Positions 28,325-36,692 of a stretch of 64,000 bases of DNA are shown here, piece after piece. The notes under the pieces were generated by a model. That model made no database searches. It was not told the origin of the DNA and was given only the letters and a program-made list of their open reading frames with translations. Position 1 is the first letter of the stretch, and the number at the start of each line of letters is the position of its first letter. The position numbers were made by a program, and so were the translations under genes. This DNA comes from Candidatus Multivoradales bacterium (GTDB taxonomy: Bacteria; Acidobacteriota; Thermoanaerobaculia; Multivoradales; Multivoraceae): assembly GCA_965223325.1 (NCBI GenBank), contig CBDCWI010000001.1, positions 1,952,001-2,016,000 of the forward strand. Reading direction: 5' to 3'.

Positions 28325-29928
28325 TGGCTGAAGGAACCTGCCGAGCGGAACAGAAGGCGCGCACACGCGAGCGCCTTCTCAGCGCAACCCACGTCGTGAT
28401 CGCACGCGAAGGTCTCTCCTCGACGACTGTCGCGCGAGTGGCCGAAGAAGCGGGCGTTTCGCAGGGGACGGTCGCATTCCACTTCGAAGGTAAACAGAAG
28501 CTGCTTCGCGAAGCGCTACGCCAACTCGTCGAGAGGTACAACGCCGATATCGAAGTGGCGCTAGCCCAGGCTCCTGCCCATCCGGCTGCACGGCTCCAGG
28601 CGCTGGTATCAGCCCTCTTGCGGCACGCCGAAGACGGCGACCATCTCACCACCTGGTACGCCTTCTGGGGCGATGCTTCGGCGCGTGCCATCTACCGTGA
28701 AGTTGGTGGGCCGGTAGATGCCAGAACGCTAGACATCATCGTTGACCTCGGCCGCAAACTGTTTCCCCATCATGCCGAGACCGATATCGCCGAACAGATG
28801 GCCGACACGCTGATGGCGCTGGTCAACGGCTTCTGGCTTTCCAAACTGATGCGCCCCAACGAAGTCGATCTCGCCAAAGCGGAACGTATCTGCATGAACA
28901 TTATCGACATGCTACGCGCCGAGGTCGGACCCTGGCCTCAGGACTTCGAGCGCTGGTTGCCGGCGCAGTCCTGGGTCTGCCAGCCGGTTGGTGAGCTGGC
29001 ACGCAAGTACGACACGGTCGAGACCCACGGCTGGTATCGCAACCTCGAGCCGACGGCCCTGGAATTGCGCCGCGAGCTCGAGCCCGGCTCGCTGTGGCTC
29101 GACTACTCGGGCGGCACCGGCATCCTTGTCGATCGGCTGCTGCATGACGAACCTGGGCTCGACTTCGGGGCACTACTCGTCGATGCGTCACCCAAGTTCT
29201 TGCGGCTGGCACTCGAGAAACTGTCTGCCGACCGTCGGACCGCCTTCCGTTGGATCCGCTATCTCAAGAACGAGAAACGCTTGCAGCGACTCGACGAAGT
29301 CTTGAGTCCCCTACTCCTCGAAAGAGGTTTCGACGCGCTCACGTCGACCAACGCGATCCACCTCTACTACGACATGGAAGAAACCCTGCGTTCGTGGTGG
29401 AAGGCCCTCCGTCCCGGTGGCCTCGCTCACGTGCAGTCCGGCAACATCGACAACCCGAACGCCGGTCCGGAGACCTGGATCATCGACCAGACCGTGGAAC
29501 GCCTGCAGCCGTTTGCCCACCGCCTGGTCCGCGAAGACCCGCGTTTCGAAGAGTTTCGCGCTGCAACCGAGGATGAGGCTCGAATGAAGCGCTACGACAA
29601 GCTGCGCGCCAAGTTCTTTCTGCCGGTGCGGCCGCTCGCCTTCTATGAGGAGCAGCTACAACAGGCCGGCTTTACCATCGAAGCGACCCATGCAGTTCCG
29701 ATCGAGGCGAGCGTAGAAGAGTGGGGAGACTTTCTGGCGGCATACCACGAAGGCGTGCTGGGCTGGGCCGGCGGATCGCCGCGGGTGGAAAAGGAGACCC
29801 GAGACAGCCCCTCCGAGGCAACCGTCGCGCTTCGCCGCGAGTTGCTGCAGGCCTCTCTCGAGGCCCTCTTCGAAGGGCGAGAGACCTTCGAGGCCAACTG
29901 GACCTACTTGACCTGTCGCCGCGCCTGA
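28324..29928 (+). CDS. Fusion: BetI-like TetR regulator + class I SAM-dependent methyltransferase
   Basis: HTH TTVARVAEEAGVSQGTVAFHF; BetI-type WYAFW and LVNGFWL; methyltransferase motif I LDYSGGTG, VDAS, NAIHLY, LRPGG. Confidence 0.8.
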   Translation: MAEGTCRAEQKARTRERLLSATHVVIAREGLSSTTVARVAEEAGVSQGTVAFHFEGKQKLLREALRQLVERYNADIEVALAQAPAHPAARLQALVSALLRHAEDGDHLTTWYAFWGDASARAIYREVGGPVDARTLDIIVDLGRKLFPHHAETDIAEQMADTLMALVNGFWLSKLMRPNEVDLAKAERICMNIIDMLRAEVGPWPQDFERWLPAQSWVCQPVGELARKYDTVETHGWYRNLEPTALELRRELEPGSLWLDYSGGTGILVDRLLHDEPGLDFGALLVDASPKFLRLALEKLSADRRTAFRWIRYLKNEKRLQRLDEVLSPLLLERGFDALTSTNAIHLYYDMEETLRSWWKALRPGGLAHVQSGNIDNPNAGPETWIIDQTVERLQPFAHRLVREDPRFEEFRAATEDEARMKRYDKLRAKFFLPVRPLAFYEEQLQQAGFTIEATHAVPIEASVEEWGDFLAAYHEGVLGWAGGSPRVEKETRDSPSEATVALRRELLQASLEALFEGRETFEANWTYLTCRRA

Positions 29929-30166
29929 TGCCCGAGAGCTCTAACAGCCCCACCCCACGACCAGTGGTCGACTGGCCGGCCCTTGTTCTCTCCGTAGCGA
30001 TCGTTCTGGGCGCCTGTTTGATCCTTGCGGTGGACGCAGCCTAGAGGCCCTGAAATCGGCCTCATTGATTGCGTCCGCAGCGCTTCTCATCATCTTCTTG
30101 CTTCCCATGGCCATCGCGCTCGGCCGCTCGCTCCGTCAGGCGGCGCGCGACCAGGGCCTGACCTGA
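29928..30166 (+). pseudogene. BCCT (betaine/choline/carnitine) transporter remnant with large internal deletion
   Basis: 29928-30044 reads MPESSNSPTPRPVVDWPALVLSVAIVLGACLILAVDAA* (TM1-like). 30041-30166 in another frame reads LEALKSASLIASAALLIIFLLPMAIALGRSLRQ...* (like the last BCCT TM, LxALQTASI). Confidence 0.65.
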
Positions 30167-30185
30167 ACCCCAGGAGAACTCCCCG

Positions 30186-31163
30186 ATGCCTTCGACGCTG
30201 ATGGACCACATCAACGCTGGCCAGCACCTGTTGATCGACGGTGCGACCGGAACCGAACTCGAGCGCCGCGGCGTACCTATGCACGACAAGGCCTGGTGCG
30301 GCAGGACGCCGCTGACCCACGGCGAGGTGCTGCGAGAGGTTCATCTCGACTACATTCGCGCCGGCGCACAGGTGATCACCTCGGACACCTTCGGCTCGGC
30401 CAAGCACGTTCTCGAAGACTCGGGGCTGGGCGACGAGTTCGTCGCCATCAACCAGGCAGCGATCGAGATCGCCCGCCAGGCGGCCGACGAGGCGCCCGTC
30501 GACCACCCGCTCTGGGTTGGCGGATCGGTGTGCACCAGTTTCGTCGCCGGCAACGATATGGCCGCCCTCGACCCGGCCCGCGCCCGCCTCGGCTTCCGTG
30601 AGCAGATCGCGATTCTCGTCGATGGTGGTGCCGACCTCTTGATGCTCGAAATGGTGTTCGCCCATCTCGATCGGGTCGGAATCGAGATCACCGTCGATGC
30701 GGTGGAGGCGGCAGCGGCGACGGGGCTACCGGTGTGGATCGGGATGTCAACGAAACTCGCCAAAGAGGGCAACGACGTGCTGCTCTTCGGTTCGAGCGAT
30801 CCCTACGACCTGCGACCCGATGAGCCCGACACCACCGTGCCCTTCGACGAGCGCGTCCTGCCGGCCTTCCGGGCCGGAGCCGCCCTCGTCGGAATCATGC
30901 ATTCAGATGTCACGGCGTGTTCGCCTTCGCTCGAAATCCTGCGCACTCTCTGGGACGGCCCGATCGCGGCCTACCCACACAGCGGGCACTGGGAGAACCC
31001 CTACTGGAACTTTGCGTCCGTCATGCCGCCCGAGGCCTACCTGAAAGAGGCAAGGGGCTGGGTCGAGCGCGGCGCAACGGTGATCGGCGGTTGCTGCGGC
31101 ATCGGCCCCGCCCATATCGAAACGCTGCACCGGCAGCTCCTGGGCGGCGCCTACGTCGGCTAG
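30186..31163 (+). CDS. Homocysteine S-methyltransferase family protein
   Basis: LIDGATGTEL, HLDYIRAGA, IGGCCGIGP. RBS AGGAG. Confidence 0.9.
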   Translation: MPSTLMDHINAGQHLLIDGATGTELERRGVPMHDKAWCGRTPLTHGEVLREVHLDYIRAGAQVITSDTFGSAKHVLEDSGLGDEFVAINQAAIEIARQAADEAPVDHPLWVGGSVCTSFVAGNDMAALDPARARLGFREQIAILVDGGADLLMLEMVFAHLDRVGIEITVDAVEAAAATGLPVWIGMSTKLAKEGNDVLLFGSSDPYDLRPDEPDTTVPFDERVLPAFRAGAALVGIMHSDVTACSPSLEILRTLWDGPIAAYPHSGHWENPYWNFASVMPPEAYLKEARGWVERGATVIGGCCGIGPAHIETLHRQLLGGAYVG

Positions 31164-31274
31164 TCCTCCGTACCAGTGAAACGGCTGTTGGCTGAGTGGA
31201 TGATCGCGCTCGAGATCAAGGCGTCACGACGCAGGCGTATTGGCGATCTGTCGAGGAGTGACAACACAGAGATC
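31161..31274 (+). mobile_element. Partial copy of MITE-like element (left end only)
   Basis: 114 bp with 11 mismatches to 41871-41984. Begins on the TAG stop of the upstream gene. Right TIR absent. Confidence 0.75.
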
Positions 31275-31367
31275 TTGCCGGCCGGATCGAGTCCGAGATC
31301 GAGCCACTCCTGGTCAGCCAGCGTCCTCCAGAACCAAACAAGGTGATATACTAGTTATAACAGTTAT

Positions 31368-34300
31368 ATGATTCTCCCGGAGAACGCGTTGAAAAGAACA
31401 CTGTGCACGATCCTTAGTCTGCTTTCTTGTCCACTCGCGAGCGCCCAGGTGACGACCACCTTCAGCATTTCACCGGAAGACATCGGAGTGGGGTCGTCGA
31501 CGACGTTCACCTACACCATCACCAACAACACATCCGAAACGATCACGGACATGGCCCTGCACCACGCCCTTCCAGATGAGCTTCGGGCCGTGGTTGGGGG
31601 TTCCGAGTCAGACTGCGATGGCGATGCCTATGCCGGATGGATTCCAGAGAACAGCACCTGGCCTGAGGGAGCTGTGTTCCAGCCGCCCAACTACAACACC
31701 CTCAGTTGGGCCGACCTGGCACCAGGAGGAACTTGCCAACTCACCGCGGAGGTCCGCGCGGTCGCTCCCGGCGCCTACACTCTCCAGCCCGAGGACCTCA
31801 CGTGGAGAGTCGGTACCAACGAAGGCAACGAGGGCTTTTCGACGGCCCTTCTCGTTGTCGAAGCCGAACGACCCGGAATTAGCAGCTCCTTCGGACGGGA
31901 CTTCGCAATGCTCGGACAGGACTTTCCGTTCGAGATCGAGATCGACAACACCTTCGGCTCCGAGCCGCTCACCTTCCTCGACCTGCTCTACGAACTGCCG
32001 TCGGGCCTTCCGATTTCGAACCCGCCGAACTTCGAGACCACTTGCGGAGGTCTTCTGACTTCGGAACTTCCCTCCCCAGACGCAACCCTGTTCCTCGCGG
32101 AGTTCGAGGGGTCGGATGTGCCAGGCGAGGAGGTCCTCGCAGCTGGTGAGAAGTGCACGATCGCCATTGACGTCGTGGCGACGGCACTTGGTGAGTTCCT
32201 CGCGTCGTCGGGGAATCTGGCAGTGAAGCAGGGCTCGGACCCAGCCCTCCTGCTTTCTGGCTTTGCCTCTTCCTTTCTCGAGGTCGTGCCCCACCCGCTC
32301 GTTCTGAACGTGGCATTCCTTGATGACCCAATCCCTCCGGACTTCAACACAGTCCTCCTCGAGTATCAGCTCCTCAACCTCGACAGCGAGGTCGCCATCA
32401 CCGACATCACTTTCTCGAACGACCTCTCGCAGATGGCAGACGGCTTTAGCTTCGATGAAGTCGTTAGCATCACCTGCGATGCCCCCATTCCAACCCTCGG
32501 GGACTCAACGATCACCGTTCGGGTGGCGACCCTGGCACCCAACGAGGACTGTCGCATTCGCTTCCGGCTTGGCGTGCCGAACGGGCTCGAGCCCACTGAC
32601 GTCCTCTTGAACACCACCAGCGGAGCCGATGGAACCCGGGAAGGCTCAGCAGTCCTCGCAAGCCCGGCACAAGATCGGCTAGGAATTGTCCCCGGGCCGC
32701 GGATGACTAAAGAGTTCCTCGACGACCCTGTCGCTCCAGGGGGCACCACAGAACTCGAATGGACGATCACCAACACCGCGAGCGACGCCGCGATCGACTC
32801 GCTTTCTTTCAGCGATTTTTTCCCGGCTCCCCTGTCTACCGCTTCGGCCGTACCCGGAAACGACTGTTGTGGGATCGGTTCCACCTGCTCTTTCACTGCC
32901 GGTAGCGCCAGCGAGCCCGCCACGTTTGAACTCGAAGACGGCCTCTTGCCCGCCGCCGGAAGTTGCACGTTTTCGGTGACGTTCGACGTTGAGGCCACCG
33001 CTGCGGGGGGCATTTACCCTTCGGTTGCCGGATGGGTTCGGGGCAGGGTCAATGGCGAGCTCCAGATCGGCGGCAACGCGCTGGCCGAAGTCGAGATCGT
33101 AGCGGCACCGCTGCTACTGAAGTCCTTCTCACCAGAGACTGTAGGGCCGGGTGATACAGCGACGCTCGAGTTCACCCTGACGCATTCACCAACGGCAACG
33201 GCCGATGCCACGGCCATCTCATTCTCCGACGACCTCGACGCGATGTTGAGCGGACTGACCGCAACCCTTCCTGCCTCACCAGACCCCCCATGCGGCGCAG
33301 GGTCGATGGTCACCGGGAGCTCAGCCCTCTCCTTCTCGGGCGCCACCCTCGCTCCGGGTGACAGCTGTACCTGGAGTGTGACCGTGAACGTGCCAGCGGC
33401 AGCGCCCGCAGGGACCTACACCAACACCACAAGCGCAGTGAGCTCGACCGTAGGCGGTCTGTCTACCAACTCGGTCGCCGCCAGCGCCGAACTCGAGGTG
33501 ACTGGGTTGCAGATCACCCATGATGTCCTCAACCAGCCGTTGTTGCCTGGCGAAGTTGGGACACTGCGTTTCACCTTCGCGAATCTGACTCCGGCGCAGT
33601 CGGTCTCGAGCATCGCTTTTGTCTATGACCTCGCGGCGGTGTTGCCGGAGAATCCTGACCTGACCTTGTCTGGATCTCTCCCGTCGATGCCGTGCGGCTT
33701 GACCTCGGCCCTGGCGCCGGGCGGTGGCGGCACGACAGTCAACCTGACCGATGGGAGCCTCGCCGTTGGGCAAGAGTGCACCTTCGAGTTCGACGTCCTC
33801 GTGCCACCAACGGCGCTGCCAGGGGCCTACCAGAGTTCCACCGGCTCCGTCTCTGCAACGATCGGCGCGAGCGCGGAAACCTTGGACGCCGCCGTGTCGC
33901 CTTTCACCGTTGACTCAAGGCGGCTCGAGCTCCAGCACGAGTCTTCAAGCGGTCCGGTTGCACCGGGCGAAGTGGTGACGGTTGATTTCTACCTGCGCAA
34001 TCAGGATGACGAGCAGGCGGTCTCGATGCTCAACTTCACAGTCGATCTTGCCAGCGTGATCGATGGAATGTCGGCCACCGGTCTGCCGATGTCGGCCTGT
34101 GGCGGCACCGTTTCCGGCACCTCGACCATCGACCTTACGGGTGGAAGTCTCGCGGCTTCGGGTGAGTGCTCGTTTGCTATTGACGTGATGGTGCCCGCGG
34201 GCGCCCAGAACGGCCTCTACTCCGTGTGGAGCAGTCCTCTTGCAGGCTTGGCGGGTGCTTTGCCCGTTGCGGGCGACCCCAGCCTGGCGGTCCTTCACGT

Positions 34301-35132
34301 GCTCGAGGCACTCGGTTTCGAGAGGTCGTTCGCCGGACCCGCGGCTCCGGGCGGCAGTGCCATGCTCACCTATTCGTTGAGCAACCCACGCGACGCGTCG
34401 GTGGCCGAGTTGACCTTCAGTGACAACCTCTTCGACCTGACAGCCGGCGCCATGGCGACCAACCTGCCTCTGAGCGGTCCGTGTGGCACGCTCTCGTCGG
34501 TCCGCGGCACGGATCAGGTTGCCCTCGTGCAAGGGAGTCTCGAGGCTTTCGCGAGTTGTTCATTCGATGTCGAAATCGGCGTACCAGCCGAAACGGCTGT
34601 CGGTCTCTACGAAAGCACTTCGACGGATCTCCTCGAGGACGGACTGTTCGCTGCGCCCGGCCCGAACGCACAGCTCACTGTGGTCGCCGGCGGCCCCCCC
34701 GGTTTCTCGAAGGCCTTTGAACCATCGATCGTCGAGCTGGGTCAGACGACGACGATGGTCTACACGGTCGATCACACCGGTGGCGTCGAGACAGCGAACT
34801 CGCTCGCGTTTCTCGATGTCCTGCCTTTGAGCCTTCTGGTCGCGACCGTACCGAACGCCGTCAACACGTGTGGCGGGTCGCTCGCGGCGACGCCAGCTGG
34901 TGATCGCGTCGAACTCACCGGCGGCTCGATCGCTCCTGGAAGTCGGTGCACGATTCAAGTCGACCTGCAACCATTGCTGATGGAAAGTTTCACGAGCACC
35001 AGCGGAGACCTGACTTCGAGTCTAGGCAACAGTGGCAGCGCAGAGGATACGGTGACCGTTGTCGAAGATGTCTTGTTTGTAGACGGCTTCGAGCTCGGCT
35101 CAGCGAACGAGTGGTCGAAGGCTGTGCCTTAG
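31368..35132 (+). CDS. Large secreted surface protein with DUF11/DUF7933-like Ig repeats and C-terminal FxDGFE motif
   Basis: Signal peptide; about 9 repeats of (K.F.P...G....L.FT..N...F.D.L...CGG...G.L..G..C.....V); ends VLFVDGFELGSANEWS. Confidence 0.8.
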   Translation: MILPENALKRTLCTILSLLSCPLASAQVTTTFSISPEDIGVGSSTTFTYTITNNTSETITDMALHHALPDELRAVVGGSESDCDGDAYAGWIPENSTWPEGAVFQPPNYNTLSWADLAPGGTCQLTAEVRAVAPGAYTLQPEDLTWRVGTNEGNEGFSTALLVVEAERPGISSSFGRDFAMLGQDFPFEIEIDNTFGSEPLTFLDLLYELPSGLPISNPPNFETTCGGLLTSELPSPDATLFLAEFEGSDVPGEEVLAAGEKCTIAIDVVATALGEFLASSGNLAVKQGSDPALLLSGFASSFLEVVPHPLVLNVAFLDDPIPPDFNTVLLEYQLLNLDSEVAITDITFSNDLSQMADGFSFDEVVSITCDAPIPTLGDSTITVRVATLAPNEDCRIRFRLGVPNGLEPTDVLLNTTSGADGTREGSAVLASPAQDRLGIVPGPRMTKEFLDDPVAPGGTTELEWTITNTASDAAIDSLSFSDFFPAPLSTASAVPGNDCCGIGSTCSFTAGSASEPATFELEDGLLPAAGSCTFSVTFDVEATAAGGIYPSVAGWVRGRVNGELQIGGNALAEVEIVAAPLLLKSFSPETVGPGDTATLEFTLTHSPTATADATAISFSDDLDAMLSGLTATLPASPDPPCGAGSMVTGSSALSFSGATLAPGDSCTWSVTVNVPAAAPAGTYTNTTSAVSSTVGGLSTNSVAASAELEVTGLQITHDVLNQPLLPGEVGTLRFTFANLTPAQSVSSIAFVYDLAAVLPENPDLTLSGSLPSMPCGLTSALAPGGGGTTVNLTDGSLAVGQECTFEFDVLVPPTALPGAYQSSTGSVSATIGASAETLDAAVSPFTVDSRRLELQHESSSGPVAPGEVVTVDFYLRNQDDEQAVSMLNFTVDLASVIDGMSATGLPMSACGGTVSGTSTIDLTGGSLAASGECSFAIDVMVPAGAQNGLYSVWSSPLAGLAGALPVAGDPSLAVLHVLEALGFERSFAGPAAPGGSAMLTYSLSNPRDASVAELTFSDNLFDLTAGAMATNLPLSGPCGTLSSVRGTDQVALVQGSLEAFASCSFDVEIGVPAETAVGLYESTSTDLLEDGLFAAPGPNAQLTVVAGGPPGFSKAFEPSIVELGQTTTMVYTVDHTGGVETANSLAFLDVLPLSLLVATVPNAVNTCGGSLAATPAGDRVELTGGSIAPGSRCTIQVDLQPLLMESFTSTSGDLTSSLGNSGSAEDTVTVVEDVLFVDGFELGSANEWSKAVP

Positions 35133-35391
35133 GAGAGCCCCGGTCGCGCCAAGCGCGCACATCGCCACCGCCTTCATGAACACTACGGGCAACTTCCTGG
35201 ACGCCGGCGACCCGTAACTGCATCAAGTCTTCCAAGGGCATCCGTGATCACTTCGCGAGGGATCTTCTTTGCGGCGTATGCCACAAACCCGCAGGAGTGT
35301 GCCGACAGGATCTCCTGGGGCGCAGGGGCCCGGGGAGTTGACAGGGTGATGGAACTATAGTGACCGCACCGCTCCACTCAGGGGACACACC

Positions 35392-36603
35392 ATCTCGACC
35401 TATTCCTCTCCCTCGCCGACTCGCGATGAATTCCACCGGCGCTTCGACGCCATCGACGTAGCCGAAATGCGCCGCGCAAAGCGCATCAAGTGGAGTCGCG
35501 ATGAGGGCGACGTGCTGCCGGCCTGGGTTGCCGACATGGACTTTCCGGTCTCGCCGGCGATCCAGGCGGTGGTCTCCGAGTTCGTCGAGCGCTCCGACCT
35601 TGGATACCACCGGCTGCCGATTCCAAGACGACTGCGTGCCGCTTTCGTCGAGCGCATGAGCACACACTTCGACTGGCATATCGAGGGCGGGACCTGGCCA
35701 CTGGTCAATGTCGTCCAGGGTCTCGACGCGGCCATCCTTCTCCACAGCGAGAAGGGAGACGGCGCCGTTTTGCAAACGCCGATCTACGCGCCTTTCCAGC
35801 ACGCCGTCGACGGTACCGGCCGCGAACGCATCGACTGCCCGCTGGTGCGCTCGGCTGAAGGCTGGGAGATCGATTTCGACCACCTCGCCCACCGTCTCGA
35901 AACCGCCCGTTGCACTCCCCGGATCTTCATGTTGTGCAACCCGCACAACCCCACCGGCCGTGTCCTGACGCGCGTTGAACTCGAGGGCATCGCCGAGCTA
36001 GCGGCAAAACATGACCTGGTGGTGATCAGCGACGAGATCTGGCAAGACCTTCTCTTCGATGGCCGCAGGCATCAGGTGTTCGCCAATCTCGCTCCAGAGG
36101 TCCAGGAGCGCACGATCACACTGACTTCGCCGTCCAAGGGCTTCAACACCGCCGGGCTGCCCTTCGCGATGGCAGTCTTCGGCTCGGAGCGCCTGCGGGC
36201 GCCGTTTCGGACCATGGCGCCGCACCTCATGGGACACGGCGGGATTCTCGGCACCGAAGCGACGATCGCCGCCTGGACTGCCAGCGACGACTGGTTGGCA
36301 GCGGTGGTGTCGTATCTCGAGGGAAACCGTCGCTTCATCGGTGAGTTTCTGGCGGCCCACCTGCCCGGGGTCGATTGGCGCTCGCCAGACGCCACGTACG
36401 TCGCCTGGCTCGACCTCAACGCCTACGGCCTGGGCGAGAACCCCGCCGAATGGCTGCTCGAGAACGCCCGCATTGCCCTGTCACCCGGTCCTGACTTCGG
36501 ACCGCCCGGTGCCGGTTGCGCTCGGCTGAACTTCGCGACCTCGCGCGGAATTCTCGGCCAGATCCTCGAACGCATGGCCGAGGCACTCTCCGGGATCGGC
36601 TAA
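35392..36603 (+). CDS. PatB/MalY family PLP cystathionine beta-lyase
   Basis: KW...PAWVADMDF, LCNPHNPTG, SDEIW, SPSKGFN, RLNFAT. Start extended to a putative ATC codon (track start 35467). Confidence 0.88.
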   Translation: MSTYSSPSPTRDEFHRRFDAIDVAEMRRAKRIKWSRDEGDVLPAWVADMDFPVSPAIQAVVSEFVERSDLGYHRLPIPRRLRAAFVERMSTHFDWHIEGGTWPLVNVVQGLDAAILLHSEKGDGAVLQTPIYAPFQHAVDGTGRERIDCPLVRSAEGWEIDFDHLAHRLETARCTPRIFMLCNPHNPTGRVLTRVELEGIAELAAKHDLVVISDEIWQDLLFDGRRHQVFANLAPEVQERTITLTSPSKGFNTAGLPFAMAVFGSERLRAPFRTMAPHLMGHGGILGTEATIAAWTASDDWLAAVVSYLEGNRRFIGEFLAAHLPGVDWRSPDATYVAWLDLNAYGLGENPAEWLLENARIALSPGPDFGPPGAGCARLNFATSRGILGQILERMAEALSGIG

Positions 36604-36692
36604 GCCCACGGTCTGGGACGAGCGTGGGGCGAGAGCCGCAACTCGCGCAGCCGGTACGAGTACCCTCAAGGCTTCCCTTCGGAGGATCTCTC

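Noticed and set aside
35135-35340. Riboswitch upstream of the PatB/MalY gene
   Set aside because: I could not match SAM, cobalamin or c-di-GMP consensus elements by eye. An Rfam scan would be needed.
35338-35361. Sigma70 promoter TTGACA...TATAGT
   Set aside because: The spacer is only 12 bp, too short for a canonical promoter.
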